A program made the translations under genes and the position numbers. A stretch of DNA of 64,000 nt, from NCBI GenBank assembly GCA_028288925.1, contig JAQGHG010000026.1, positions 22,013 to 86,012 on the forward strand, given 5' to 3'. The number at the start of each line of letters is the position of its first letter. Position 1 is the stretch's first letter. Positions 9,654 to 19,323 of this stretch are shown here, one piece after another. Source of the stretch: Patescibacteria group bacterium. GTDB lineage: Bacteria > Patescibacteriota > Saccharimonadia > UBA4664. The notes below the pieces were generated by a model. The model made no database searches. It saw only the letters and a list, made by a program, of their open reading frames with translations, and was not told where the DNA came from.

Positions 9654-9823
9654 GATTATTCCGTGATATTCACCAGTTCAGGGCCTCCGATGCCCCGCCA
9701 CCTAGCAGTTCTTCACGGGCTTTGAACAAGTGTTCTATGCGAGAAATTCGCTACCTCTGAGAAGATTTTGCGCGGCAAGTAGTTTCTTCGTCTTACCCAA
9801 GCGTTTTTTGTTATAGTACGCAC

Positions 9824-10459
9824 ATGGCAAAAAATATACTTATCATTGTCTCGGGTCTGCCCGCGACCGGCAAAACAACCCTTAGCCAGGGAATGGCAAA
9901 GCATTTGCACCTCCCGCTCGTCAGCAAAGATACCATCAAAGAAATTCTCTTCGATGGCGTAGGCCACGGCGATCGCGAGTGGGGTGAGAAACTAAACATT
10001 CCAACCTATAACCTTTTAAATTACTTTGTCGAACAAGAACTACGGGCTGGGCGCCCACTCATTATTGAAACCCCGTATGATGATGACTTCCCCCGTCGAG
10101 CCTACGAAAAATGGCAATCTGAATACGGTTTTGAGTGTGTTCAAGTTATGTGCTATGCCGAACCCAAAGTACTCATTGAGCGGTTCGTCGCCCGTATCGG
10201 AGCGCCGGAGCGTCACCCAGGCCACAACGATCAGGCCGCCCTGGAGGACTTCAAGAGGAGCATTAAAGACGCGGAGAAAGTGAAGCCGCTATCCTTGCAG
10301 GGTGAAGTCTACGAGCTTAACACCACTGATTTCTCCAAAATCGATACCGAATCTCTGCTCAAAAAGCTAGAAGCGGCCATGGTTGCCCCAATCCGAGACC
10401 AACCCACCCGGCTAAATCTCCGACTTTTGGCTGGGCTATGGTTCCGTCAGAAACAATAA
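9824..10459 (+). CDS. P-loop NTPase / small-molecule kinase-like (AAA_33-like)
   Basis: Walker A GLPATGKTT at the N-terminus. About 210 aa, zeta-toxin/chloramphenicol-phosphotransferase-like size. Confidence 0.5.
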   Translation: MAKNILIIVSGLPATGKTTLSQGMAKHLHLPLVSKDTIKEILFDGVGHGDREWGEKLNIPTYNLLNYFVEQELRAGRPLIIETPYDDDFPRRAYEKWQSEYGFECVQVMCYAEPKVLIERFVARIGAPERHPGHNDQAALEDFKRSIKDAEKVKPLSLQGEVYELNTTDFSKIDTESLLKKLEAAMVAPIRDQPTRLNLRLLAGLWFRQKQ

Positions 10460-11061
10460 TGCTTGCTGAGACGACAGTATTTAGTGAAGTCAGTGCGCTC
10501 TATCTAGCAGATTCAGCCCAAGGTATGGGCAAATGGATGTGGCACAACCATGTCCAGTGGGTCGCCGGCCGGGCGAAGAAGTTGGCCGAAAAGTACGGAG
10601 CCGACGCCGAAAAAGTCTATTGCGCGGCATTGCTACACGATCTGGCAGACTGCGAATACGAGAGGGGCCACCCGGATTTTGATACATGGTCCTGGGAAAA
10701 GGGCAAAGAGATCTTGAAAAAGGCTGGATGTAAGCGAGATGAACGCAAGGAAATCCTGGAAGCCGTCCGCACCCATTCCTGCCATCCGGGCCATCTCCCT
10801 ACGGCGCTCGAAGGAAAAGTGCTCGCCACCGCCGATGCGATGTGGCACCTACAGACCAGCTTTTTCCCGATGATTTGCTATAAGCGGCGGCCAAAAGATA
10901 CTCATACGTACGAAGAGTGGCAGGAATGGTTCAACGAAAAGATCGAGAGGGACTTCGGCCCGAAGATCTTCTTCGAAGACGAAAGGGCTGAGGTGAAGGA
11001 AGATTACGAAGCTCTTTTGCGCGTGTTTCGGAATAAAACATTAAACAGCAAGGAGGGCTAG
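10438..11061 (+). CDS. HD-domain phosphohydrolase
   Basis: HD motif ALLHDLAD plus downstream His residues. Likely real start at second Met (10459). Confidence 0.6.
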   Translation: MVPSETIMLAETTVFSEVSALYLADSAQGMGKWMWHNHVQWVAGRAKKLAEKYGADAEKVYCAALLHDLADCEYERGHPDFDTWSWEKGKEILKKAGCKRDERKEILEAVRTHSCHPGHLPTALEGKVLATADAMWHLQTSFFPMICYKRRPKDTHTYEEWQEWFNEKIERDFGPKIFFEDERAEVKEDYEALLRVFRNKTLNSKEG

Positions 11062-12000
11062 TTGGCCACAAGTAGAGCACTTGATGCAGTCGCCATTGGT
11101 ACGTGCTATGTCGATACAAACGTTGAAAACTTTCCCTTCAGCAGCAGAGGTATAGCCGCTGAGGAGTTGATAGGTAAGCGGTACGAAGTAGTGCCTGGCG
11201 GCTCAGCCGTAAACTTCTGCCGCCTAGGGCATGAACTGGGGTTACGGACTGCCTTTATCGGCATGGCCGGCAATGATGTAAACGGCGATACACTCAAAAA
11301 CCTCCTTGAGCAGCAAGGCGTTCAGTCGGATCTTATACGACAACCGGGCCTTCAGACAAACATTGGTTTTAATATAACCAACCCTCAAGGCGAGCACATC
11401 ATGTTCGTGGCTGGTACTGCGAACGCGGCGCTTGATCCTGCGGTAGTCATCCCCAAACTGAAAGAAGTATTGCCGGAGACGGAAATACTCTATCTGGGCG
11501 GATGCTTTAAGCTGAAAGCCTTCAAGGACGCATTCGGAGAAATCGCTAATTTAGCCGGCCGGTTCTCCGCAAAGGTAGCTATCGATCACGGACGCATACC
11601 CGAAGGGGTTAGTGAAGGGATGCTCGAAGCCGTCAAGGCTCTCGTGCTACGATCCGCCTACTACTTTCCCAGCCGGGAAGAGTTTTGTAGGCTATGGAGC
11701 GTATCGAACATCAGCGAGGGTATGCGCAGGCTCCAGGAGCAAGTCCCGCAGCTAGTTGTAGTGGTTAAAGACGGGGCAAATGGAGCCTATTATTGGACGG
11801 ATAACTCCATACGCCATGTGGAAGTCGAGAAGGTCGACGAAGTGGTCAATGCCACCGGGGCTGGTGACAGCTTTAATGCCGGCGTTATTACGGCATTAAT
11901 GAGAGGCCGCTCTCTAGGCGATGCCATTACTTACGGCTGCGAAGTGGCCGCGGCAAAGATTAAGGCGAAAGAGCTGCCTTTGCTGCCGATCGCGACTTGA
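11062..12000 (+). CDS. PfkB-family carbohydrate/nucleoside kinase (ribokinase-like)
   Basis: PfkB signature 2 DEVVNATGAGDSFNAGVITAL. N-terminal Gly-rich sugar-binding lid. Confidence 0.75.
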   Translation: MATSRALDAVAIGTCYVDTNVENFPFSSRGIAAEELIGKRYEVVPGGSAVNFCRLGHELGLRTAFIGMAGNDVNGDTLKNLLEQQGVQSDLIRQPGLQTNIGFNITNPQGEHIMFVAGTANAALDPAVVIPKLKEVLPETEILYLGGCFKLKAFKDAFGEIANLAGRFSAKVAIDHGRIPEGVSEGMLEAVKALVLRSAYYFPSREEFCRLWSVSNISEGMRRLQEQVPQLVVVVKDGANGAYYWTDNSIRHVEVEKVDEVVNATGAGDSFNAGVITALMRGRSLGDAITYGCEVAAAKIKAKELPLLPIAT

Positions 12001-12080
12001 TCCGGCCCGCTCACCTGTGCTAAAACTTCTCTTGGCTTAGCAAAACGCTAAGCCACTTCGGCCCATCGAAATGGAGAACT

Positions 12081-12863
12081 ATGAGCACGCCGCCAAAACC
12101 GACCGACCGCAGCGGGCTTTGGATCGCGCGCATCACGAGCCCCCTCTTCATGCTCGGCCTCGCCTTCACCATGCTGGTGGAGGGCTTCTACGCCGGGCAC
12201 CTCGTCATCGCGCAAAAGGAAGTCCTGGGCTATGTCGCCACCGGCCTTTGTGTGGCCGGCCTAGGGTACCTCCTAATTGAGACCTGGCTGGGTAACAACA
12301 GCCCCCACCTGTTCGCGTGGATCGCATGGACCCTCGTGGACTTTGTGGCCTGGTACAACTCCATGACTAACGGCGGTGGGGCGGGTGCGTGGTCGTTGCT
12401 AGCCCTCACTATCCTGACGGCGTTGATTACCGCCGCCATCGTTCGCCAATGGCGCAATGGGGTGGCAGACTACGATTTCGGGATGTTCGACCTCGCCTGC
12501 GTTATCGGTGGGGTGGCCAGCTTCGGCCTCATGACAGTGCTTCAACTAGGTCTCTTCCCGGGCCTAGTGGCCACCCTCACGCGAAGCCTGCCACCCGCCG
12601 TAGCGGGATCCCTATCGATCATAGCCGCTACGATCACCGAAGCGTTCGCAACTGGTTACACCATCAAGAACCTGCGGCAAAATCCGTACGCCGAGACCCG
12701 GGTGAACTACTCGTTTAATATCCCACGGCATTTGGTGAGCTTGTTCGCCCTCGGGGCGTATAGCTTCACGACATTGGTGTTCCCTATCTCGCTGTTCTTC
12801 ATGAACAGCCTCACCGTGGCGGCCATATGGTGGTATCGCCGGAGCGGCCCTCCAACCGCCTGA
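12081..12863 (+). CDS. Integral membrane protein, unknown
   Basis: 260 aa, about 7 TM helices. Confidence 0.45.
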   Translation: MSTPPKPTDRSGLWIARITSPLFMLGLAFTMLVEGFYAGHLVIAQKEVLGYVATGLCVAGLGYLLIETWLGNNSPHLFAWIAWTLVDFVAWYNSMTNGGGAGAWSLLALTILTALITAAIVRQWRNGVADYDFGMFDLACVIGGVASFGLMTVLQLGLFPGLVATLTRSLPPAVAGSLSIIAATITEAFATGYTIKNLRQNPYAETRVNYSFNIPRHLVSLFALGAYSFTTLVFPISLFFMNSLTVAAIWWYRRSGPPTA

Positions 12864-13037
12864 CCATCGGCCCCTGGGCAAACGCTCAGGGGCCTAGCGC
12901 GATTATGCTTTACCTTGCCTCACTCAGCATGGCTTTACCCAATGCTCACAAATTTATTGCACCAAGCAGGCGCCCAATCGCATGGAATAGCCAGTGATAT
13001 CGGGGCCATTGACCCATATACTTAGCTCAAGCGGAGG

Positions 13038-13622
13038 ATGTGCATGCCGGTATCTCTTGAAGAAAAATCATCGGAACAACCAAAATTTCAGCCCGCCACT
13101 GTCGTATACAGCTGGAAGGTATTGCCGGGCAAGGAGGCCGCCTTTATGAACTGGTTTCATGGCATTACGAAGGCCGCGACCCGCTGGCCCGGCCACTTGG
13201 GTGTGACTACACTCCGGCCTCCCGAAGGCCAAGGTACCTACCACAGCATATTACGCTTCGACACCGAACAGCATTTAACCGATTGGCTCAACTCCGATGA
13301 GCGCAAGCAATGGCTCAACCAACTGGAGGGAGTCGCCGTCGCCCAAGCCAGCAGTAAAGCCACGGGGCTGGAGAACTGGTTCGACCTCCCTGGCTCCTCC
13401 ATCACGCCGCCTCCCAAGTGGAAAATGGTGGTAGTTACCTTCGTAGCGGTCTACCCGTTGAGCCTCCTTTTGGGGGCCTTTGTGGCACCCCGCCTCATGG
13501 GCGTGAATATTTTCGTTAGATCGCTCCTATTCCCGGTAGTTGTGCCGGTAGTGCTTACATATTTCTTGATGCCATTCCTTACCCAGCGCGTATTTAAGAG
13601 CTGGCTCTACAAAAGGCCCTAA
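13038..13622 (+). CDS. ABM (antibiotic-biosynthesis-monooxygenase-like) domain fused to 2-TM membrane anchor
   Basis: N-terminal 100 aa resemble an ABM ferredoxin-like fold (VVYSWKVLPGKEAAFMNWF...HLGVTTLRP...YHSILRFDTEQHLTDW). C-terminal two hydrophobic helices. Confidence 0.4.
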   Translation: MCMPVSLEEKSSEQPKFQPATVVYSWKVLPGKEAAFMNWFHGITKAATRWPGHLGVTTLRPPEGQGTYHSILRFDTEQHLTDWLNSDERKQWLNQLEGVAVAQASSKATGLENWFDLPGSSITPPPKWKMVVVTFVAVYPLSLLLGAFVAPRLMGVNIFVRSLLFPVVVPVVLTYFLMPFLTQRVFKSWLYKRP

Positions 13623-13893
13623 CTCTACATAAGAGGCCAAGCTCATAGATCCAGCCATGATCGCCAATATCCCCATGGTATTCTTATTGCGCGAGTCACT
13701 GCCGCCCGTCGGCTGGCACGCTGAATGGCTCTATTCATGGACGTTCATCAAAGGGCTCAAGCTGATCAAGGCCGGAGCCGCCGGGTATTGTAGTGCTCCT
13801 GGGCATCGCGAGCATTATTGCCGCCGCTGCGATACCATATCTTTAACACTACAATGCCAAAACCGGAAAACTGGATTAAAACGAAAGTTAATT

Positions 13894-14256
13894 ATGAGCT
13901 TTGAACACACCGAAACCGACCACGTGCTCGAAAATGAGTACCCAAAATTAGTGAGAGACAAAATCCCCCAGCTCGTTAAGGAAGATAAAGGCAAAGAAGC
14001 CGCTATCCGTCCACTCACCGACGACGCAGAATTTCTCCAATATCTGCTCAAAAAAGTCGCCGAAGAGGCCGATGAGCTGGCCCGCGCCATGACCGACTCC
14101 AACATCCAAGAGGAAATCACCGACGTCTACGAGATCATCGAAGCCATCATCAGACTACGCGGCTTCTCCTCCGATGAGATCAAAAGCATCCAGGAAGCCA
14201 AGCGTGCCAAACGCGGCGGCTTCGAGCAAAGACTCTTGATGCTCAGGAAGCCCTAG
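13894..14256 (+). CDS. MazG-like nucleotide pyrophosphohydrolase (small all-alpha NTP-PPase)
   Basis: EYPKLVRDKIPQ...EEADELA motif pattern of the MazG/HisE-like family. ORF-track start at 13657 probably too long. Met at 13894 preferred. Confidence 0.5.
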   Translation: MSFEHTETDHVLENEYPKLVRDKIPQLVKEDKGKEAAIRPLTDDAEFLQYLLKKVAEEADELARAMTDSNIQEEITDVYEIIEAIIRLRGFSSDEIKSIQEAKRAKRGGFEQRLLMLRKP

Positions 14257-14260
14257 CTCC

Positions 14261-15049
14261 ATGTCGGATCCGCGAACCATTGATATCGGTGACGGGGCCC
14301 AGCTAGAGCCGGTAAAGCTCGACTACTTTGGCACTAGCCGGTCGCGCAAGTTGCTGCTCATCGTCGGCGGCAGCGGAGATACCCGGCGCACGCTCGCGCC
14401 TCTCGCCGTTCGCCTCGCCCGCAACGACGCGGGCTACGATGTCGCTACCTTCTCGTTCCGGGGGATGGAGACGGGGCGAAGTTACCCCTTGAGGCAGCAG
14501 GTTACCGATCTGCAAGAGGTGCTGGAATACCTCGCGGCGCATATCAAAAAAGACATCACCATTCTCTGTACCAGTAAGGGCGCCTACAGCACCTGTTTTG
14601 CTCTGGCCAGCGATAAGAATAATGCCCATATCGCCAAAGCCATCTTTCTTGACCCGGCCGACTACGAAATGACCACTGATCGTGAGGCTGGTGGCGCCGA
14701 AACCCTCTCCGGCCCCGATCCGTACATATTCAATTCCAATACCGCCTCTTCATTGCTCGGGCAAATTAACGCGGATGTGATCATTGATGTTATGCGGCTC
14801 ACAATTCGCAACTTTGGCCCGGATGGCTATCCCGATCCGAGCCAGCGCGGCCAAGACAATCCCCAGCTATATCCGAGATTGAACGCTCAAATGGTAGCGA
14901 CATTTTACGAGCGCACCCCAGCGCCAAACCGAGGTCAGTACGTCGAAGTTCCCGGCGTTCCGCACGCCTTCGGAAGAGACGGCGATATCCCAAAAAACAT
15001 CGAGGCGCTAAACGCGGCAATCTTGTCCCTGATCCGCCCGGCGGCTTAA
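14261..15049 (+). CDS. Hypothetical protein (possible alpha/beta-hydrolase-like fold)
   Basis: 262 aa. No clean GxSxG. Weak resemblance only. Confidence 0.35.
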   Translation: MSDPRTIDIGDGAQLEPVKLDYFGTSRSRKLLLIVGGSGDTRRTLAPLAVRLARNDAGYDVATFSFRGMETGRSYPLRQQVTDLQEVLEYLAAHIKKDITILCTSKGAYSTCFALASDKNNAHIAKAIFLDPADYEMTTDREAGGAETLSGPDPYIFNSNTASSLLGQINADVIIDVMRLTIRNFGPDGYPDPSQRGQDNPQLYPRLNAQMVATFYERTPAPNRGQYVEVPGVPHAFGRDGDIPKNIEALNAAILSLIRPAA

Positions 15050-15918
15050 AACAGCGACGACTGGAGGGGCTTCTCCTGGATGGGCTGGAGCACACGATCG
15101 AGCGTAACGGTATAGCCTGATAGCCCGTTCAGCCAGTATCCGTAGAGGCGGCCTTGATTCTCGAGAACAAGATACCTGCCGACTGCGCCGGTGATAGTTC
15201 CGGAAATCACGCCACCAGCTATAGGAGTAATCTGATCGTGGCGATACGCCCCAAAAAAGAAATGATCCATATTACTCACAATCTTATGGTCTTCGCTGGT
15301 GCCCAGGCCGCGCAGCACTGAATCAAAACTCCGCGATTCCAACGCGATATCAAAAGGTGAGCGCAGCGCGGCTTCCTTTTGCTTCTTGGTGACGCTATTG
15401 CGCATGCCCTTACCAATCAAGGCGGCCTCAAGATCCCGGGCGGCCGTCGCGTTAGCAAAACTACCGAGGATCACATAGAGCAGCGCTCCCTGCTCATAAA
15501 GCCGCTCCAGCCCCCGCGAATCAGACATTATGCCCGCCTTGGCCAGGCCGTTGCCGAAGTAGGCGATATACACGGAGTGCGGTTGTCGGTTATAGGCCGC
15601 CTGGACATCCGATATGGTATCGGTATTATAGAACGCCGGATTGAAGCCCGTCAGTTTGCGGCACTCAAAGCAAGAGTCAAACTTTATATCGACGGTCCGC
15701 TTGCCATCGCAGATGTGGTTTTTATGAGTGGAGATGTCGTACCAGCCCACGCAGCGTTTGCCATCCGCCAGCGCGTAGGAGATCGTGAGGGGTTCGCCTG
15801 GCTCCAGGACCACCCTCTGCAATCTGTCCTCGGCGTCCTGAACCAGGAGAAAGGGCGGAGTATCATCCCTTATCGGCCGGCTCGTGATAGTAACTCCTCG
15901 CATGACCGGATTATACAA
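15046..15918 (-). CDS. Hypothetical protein with 4-Cys cluster (HICDG...CFEC)
   Basis: 290 aa ORF with good coding appearance. Cys pairs suggest a Zn-ribbon. No family recognised. Confidence 0.4.
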   Translation of the reverse strand: MYNPVMRGVTITSRPIRDDTPPFLLVQDAEDRLQRVVLEPGEPLTISYALADGKRCVGWYDISTHKNHICDGKRTVDIKFDSCFECRKLTGFNPAFYNTDTISDVQAAYNRQPHSVYIAYFGNGLAKAGIMSDSRGLERLYEQGALLYVILGSFANATAARDLEAALIGKGMRNSVTKKQKEAALRSPFDIALESRSFDSVLRGLGTSEDHKIVSNMDHFFFGAYRHDQITPIAGGVISGTITGAVGRYLVLENQGRLYGYWLNGLSGYTVTLDRVLQPIQEKPLQSSLF

Positions 15919-16528
15919 TCCGATGACTGCCGTCGTTAAAGATGACCGCCTGAGAGTCTCTCAACTCGATCAATTCCGTACCTCCCGGGTGCCTACCTCG
16001 GACGGTCGAAACCGCTTCCGCGAACTCCGCGTTATCGGAATGGGGGAGTACGACGTAAGGCACGAGCTTCAGGCCCTCTTCGATCACTTCTTCGGCAAAC
16101 TGCGGAATATCGGCCGATTCTATACCGCCGATGGATAGCCCCATCACCAAGGCCCCGGCGCTATCGCCGCCGTAAACAGCACCCTCTGCCAACAGACCGC
16201 TAATAATATCCTCGAACCCGCTCCTCCTCATTTCGTAGCGCAGGCAGAAGGTATTGCCGCCCATGGCCCACACCAGATCGTGCCCCGCCAGGCGTTCCTT
16301 GAGCGCGGCCGCATCGCTGTACTCGCGCAAATCGACCGCGTCCACTGTGAAGCCAAGCAGCTCAAAGGCAGCAATGCGCTTCGCGACCTTATAATCCCGG
16401 GCACGCTGGCTGTAATAATCTTGAGCGTTTGGAATCAGCGCCACCGTCGCGCCGCCCAAAGGTTTACCGAGCAATCCGGCGAGATCATCGGGCGTAGGAA
16501 TGTCGATGGAAGATAGATAAAGTTTCAT
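15911..16528 (-). CDS. Peptidase E / S51 family (class-I glutamine-amidotransferase-like dipeptidase)
   Basis: WAMGGNTFCL nucleophile-elbow region and overall PepE-like layout. Confidence 0.65.
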   Translation of the reverse strand: MKLYLSSIDIPTPDDLAGLLGKPLGGATVALIPNAQDYYSQRARDYKVAKRIAAFELLGFTVDAVDLREYSDAAALKERLAGHDLVWAMGGNTFCLRYEMRRSGFEDIISGLLAEGAVYGGDSAGALVMGLSIGGIESADIPQFAEEVIEEGLKLVPYVVLPHSDNAEFAEAVSTVRGRHPGGTELIELRDSQAVIFNDGSHRIV

Positions 16529-16597
16529 GAAAGAATTGTATCAAACGTGGGCGGCCTTCATCCAAAATGATAGTCGGGCGTGTATAATTACGGAATC

Positions 16598-17203
16598 ATG
16601 AAGACTGAAATCGAAGCAAAGTTCCTAAATGTTGACCACGACCAGATTCGCGGCCGGTTGCGGGCCGTGGGCGCGGTATGCGTGACTCCCATGCGGTTAA
16701 TGAAGCGCGCGATCATAGACTTCCCCGACCGGCGGCTCCAAAACGGCCCCTTCAACTCCTATGTGCGGGTGCGCGACGAAGGCGGCAAAATAACGCTTAC
16801 CTATAAGAAGTTTGAATCATTAAGCGTAGACGGCGCCAAGGAGATTGAGACCACAGTTGGGTCTTTCGAGGATACCATCGCCGTCTTTACCGCGATTGGC
16901 CTAGAAGTAGGCTCGCTCCAGGAATCCAAGCGCGAAACCTGGAAGTACCAAGGCTGCGACATCGAGCTCGACGAATGGCCTTGGCTCAAGCCATACCTAG
17001 AAATCGAGGGCTCATCGGAAGAAGAGCTTAAGAACACCGCTCGGGCTCTGGGCCTAGATTGGAGCGACGCGGCCTTTGGAGATGTAATGGTCGCCTATAG
17101 GGCGCAATACCCGCACCTACGTGTCGGCGAAACAGTCGGGAATCTGGCCGAAGTTAAATTTAACACTCCGCTGCCGGAGTTCCTTTTCGTGAGATCATCG
17201 TAA
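16598..17203 (+). CDS. CYTH-domain protein (class IV adenylyl cyclase / triphosphatase fold)
   Basis: N-terminal EIEAKF (ExExK) motif. About 200 aa. Confidence 0.65.
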   Translation: MKTEIEAKFLNVDHDQIRGRLRAVGAVCVTPMRLMKRAIIDFPDRRLQNGPFNSYVRVRDEGGKITLTYKKFESLSVDGAKEIETTVGSFEDTIAVFTAIGLEVGSLQESKRETWKYQGCDIELDEWPWLKPYLEIEGSSEEELKNTARALGLDWSDAAFGDVMVAYRAQYPHLRVGETVGNLAEVKFNTPLPEFLFVRSS

Positions 17204-17269
17204 CCCCGGTCAACCAGAAAGAGGCCTGCTAAAGCCTCATTCGTTTATCGGTATCGGCGGCGCACGGCG

Positions 17270-17896
17270 CTAAACGCGCTCATCGCGTGCACCGTGCTCC
17301 TTCCGCTGCTCTACGCGCTCGCCAAATGCCGGCCGCGGGCGGGCAGCGGTCCGGCCTGCGGCCGGATGCGCGGCTTCGCCGGCCATGTCTGGAGCTTCGG
17401 CTTCAATCTCGGCCAGCGCGATCTCCTGGGCGCCATACTTTTCCAATATCGCGCGTCCCTCGTCGGTCGCGTCATCCCGGCCCGACACGCCTATGATCAC
17501 GCCGCCTTGATCGACCACTTTGCCGTAGGTCTTCGCCGTCTCTTTCGAGATCCCCATCGCGGTCAGCGCTCCCACTAGACCGCCGGTCGCGGCGCCGGTG
17601 GCGGCCCCCGCCAGACCCAAAGCCGCCACGACCGGGCCGCCAATGATCAATCCCGTCACCGCCGGAAAGGCGACCACGGCCGCCAGCAGACCAGCGAGTC
17701 CACCAACAACAGCTCCAGTACCTACCGCCTTGCCGGTTGATGCACTGCTATCGGCGTGGCCGTCAGAGCTAGCTACCCCCTCAGACGAGATAATCGAAAT
17801 CTCATCGGCCGTGTAGCCTGCGTGTTCTAGCTCGGTTAGCGCTTCATCGGCCTCTTTGGGCTCGGTAAAAGCGCCCATTAATAGTGTTGTCTTCAT
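17270..17896 (-). CDS. Gly-zipper membrane/stress protein (DUF1269-like)
   Basis: Amphipathic N-domain then long Gly/Ala-zipper hydrophobic segments (GAVVGGLAGLLAAVVAF...). Confidence 0.45.
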   Translation of the reverse strand: MKTTLLMGAFTEPKEADEALTELEHAGYTADEISIISSEGVASSDGHADSSASTGKAVGTGAVVGGLAGLLAAVVAFPAVTGLIIGGPVVAALGLAGAATGAATGGLVGALTAMGISKETAKTYGKVVDQGGVIIGVSGRDDATDEGRAILEKYGAQEIALAEIEAEAPDMAGEAAHPAAGRTAARPRPAFGERVEQRKEHGARDERV

Positions 17897-18016
17897 CCAG
17901 TACCCCTCCTTACTCTTCGCATGGTAGTCATGCCGCCGCCGAGAAGCATGGTGCATAATGGCAAATCAGTGGCGGCAATTCAGCCGGTTTTAAGCTAAAA
18001 TTGTCAGTATAGCGAC

Positions 18017-18111
18017 ATGAAGAGATTAATTTTAGCAGCATTCGTAACTCCGGCCCCGTCGTAATGAAGCAAACCAAACTCATCATGGGCATGCCCATCA
18101 CCGTGGTCCTC
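18017..18111 (+). pseudogene. Remnant N-termini of an FMN-binding-protein gene (MKRLILAAFV..) abutting an ApbE gene start (MKQTKLIMGMPITVVL)
   Basis: Peptide 18017-18064 mirrors the start of the FMN-bind protein at 28111 (MKKLILAAFVV). Peptide from 18064 mirrors both ApbE N-termini (MKATRIIMGMPITVE / RSIMGMPITITL). The frame then runs into the antisense of the PAP2 gene. Confidence 0.3.
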
Positions 18112-18186
18112 ACGCCCTTCGGCGCGCACGAATCGCCCGTTCTAGGCCTCCGGCCGTATCAAAACCGATCTCTCCCCCGGCTACGC

Positions 18187-18669
18187 CTAGTTGGTAGGAG
18201 CTTTTTTGTTCAACCGGGCCGTCACTTTGGGTGTCAAGTAGTAGGCAGCCAATCCGCCCATCACCGCGAACACCATGCTGCCCAAGATGTCGATAGGCGA
18301 GTGGACCTGAGCCGCCACCCGCGCCGCGCCTACGGCCAACGCGAGCGCGAACAACACTAAGCCCAGCCGCTTGGAAGCAGAGTAGATCACGACGGCGATA
18401 AGGGCCGCCAACACCGTATGGTCGGAGGGGAACCCGTTGCCTGGGGCATGGGGGATTAGCGGGGTGGTATGGCTCGTCATGAATGGGCGCGGGTCGTAAT
18501 ACAAAGCGCCCCCTATTCGTGTGAGTACAAAAGCCACGACGCCCGCGATCGCCGCGAATATGAGCAATTGGATCTTTTGCGGCTTAGGGACGCGTAGCCA
18601 GTAAATAACAGCTACAAGCCCCGCGATCAAAAACAGATATTTGGCACAAAAGATAATGATTGAATTCAT
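18187..18669 (-). CDS. PAP2-family membrane phosphatase (undecaprenyl-diphosphatase-like)
   Basis: PAP2 motifs PSDH and SPIDILGSMVF (SRxxxxxHxxxD-type). Confidence 0.7.
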   Translation of the reverse strand: MNSIIIFCAKYLFLIAGLVAVIYWLRVPKPQKIQLLIFAAIAGVVAFVLTRIGGALYYDPRPFMTSHTTPLIPHAPGNGFPSDHTVLAALIAVVIYSASKRLGLVLFALALAVGAARVAAQVHSPIDILGSMVFAVMGGLAAYYLTPKVTARLNKKAPTN

Positions 18670-18741
18670 TACCCAATTGTAACACCCGCCCGCCGCCGCC
18701 TGTCCAGCACGGCGGGCACGTTGACCGGCCGAAACCGCGTA

Positions 18742-19167
18742 CTAGGCTTCGGCCTTTTCTTTGTGATAGTTAAACATCCATCTCATGCCAAACTTATCAA
18801 CGACCTCGCCGTAAGTGTCGCCCCAAAATTCTTGTTTCAACTCGCGCGTGGACTTGGCGCCTTCCGAAAGGTTTTTGAAGGCTGAATTAATCTCATCTTC
18901 GCTCTCGCAGTTGAGGCTCAGCGTGATAGTATTGCCCTGCTTGGCTCCTTCCGGTCCTATCATATCGGAGGCAAACAAGAGCACGGCGCCGTCTTTTTCC
19001 AAACTGGCATGCATCACTTTATCTTTCATTCCGGCCGGGGCGGTATCCGATCCTGGCGACTCGCCAACCGTCGTCAGCTCAAGAGTTCCATTCAAAGCCT
19101 CTTTATAAAAATTCATCGCCTCGCTGCAATTGCCGTCAAACGCTAGGTAGGGGTGTAGCTGCGCCAT
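18742..19167 (-). CDS. VOC (glyoxalase/PhnB-like) family protein
   Basis: 141 aa, PhnB/YjdN-like sequence pattern (LAFDGNC...AMNFYKEAL...). Confidence 0.65.
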   Translation of the reverse strand: MAQLHPYLAFDGNCSEAMNFYKEALNGTLELTTVGESPGSDTAPAGMKDKVMHASLEKDGAVLLFASDMIGPEGAKQGNTITLSLNCESEDEINSAFKNLSEGAKSTRELKQEFWGDTYGEVVDKFGMRWMFNYHKEKAEA

Positions 19168-19323
19168 AATAAGTAAGTCTCCTTTTATAAATAAATCTTA
19201 GGCCTTTGCGAGCAACTCGGCCAGCCGAGTAACTTCTCGATTCCTTTTGGTTATTCGGCGCGGGCGAACCGCGAGCTAGGGCTCGGGTTCTCAAGACCAA
19301 GAGCCTACGACGGCGGCATGAAG

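Noticed and set aside
9654-9823. 170-nt intergenic region as a possible small RNA (contains minus-strand mini-ORFs 9713-9999)
   Set aside because: No convincing stem-loop terminator or conserved structure visible. The small ORFs are antisense or overlapping and lack RBS.
12866-12895. Hairpin GGCCCCTG-N10-CAGGGGCC after the 12081-12863 gene as an intrinsic terminator
   Set aside because: 8-bp GC stem is real but not followed by a T-tract. Kept only as a possible RNA-stability hairpin.
18064-18360. 98-aa plus-strand ORF beginning MKQTKLIMGMPITVVL
   Set aside because: Only the first 16 residues resemble ApbE. The remainder is antisense to the PAP2 gene and Arg/Pro-rich. Treated as a gene remnant, not a functional CDS.
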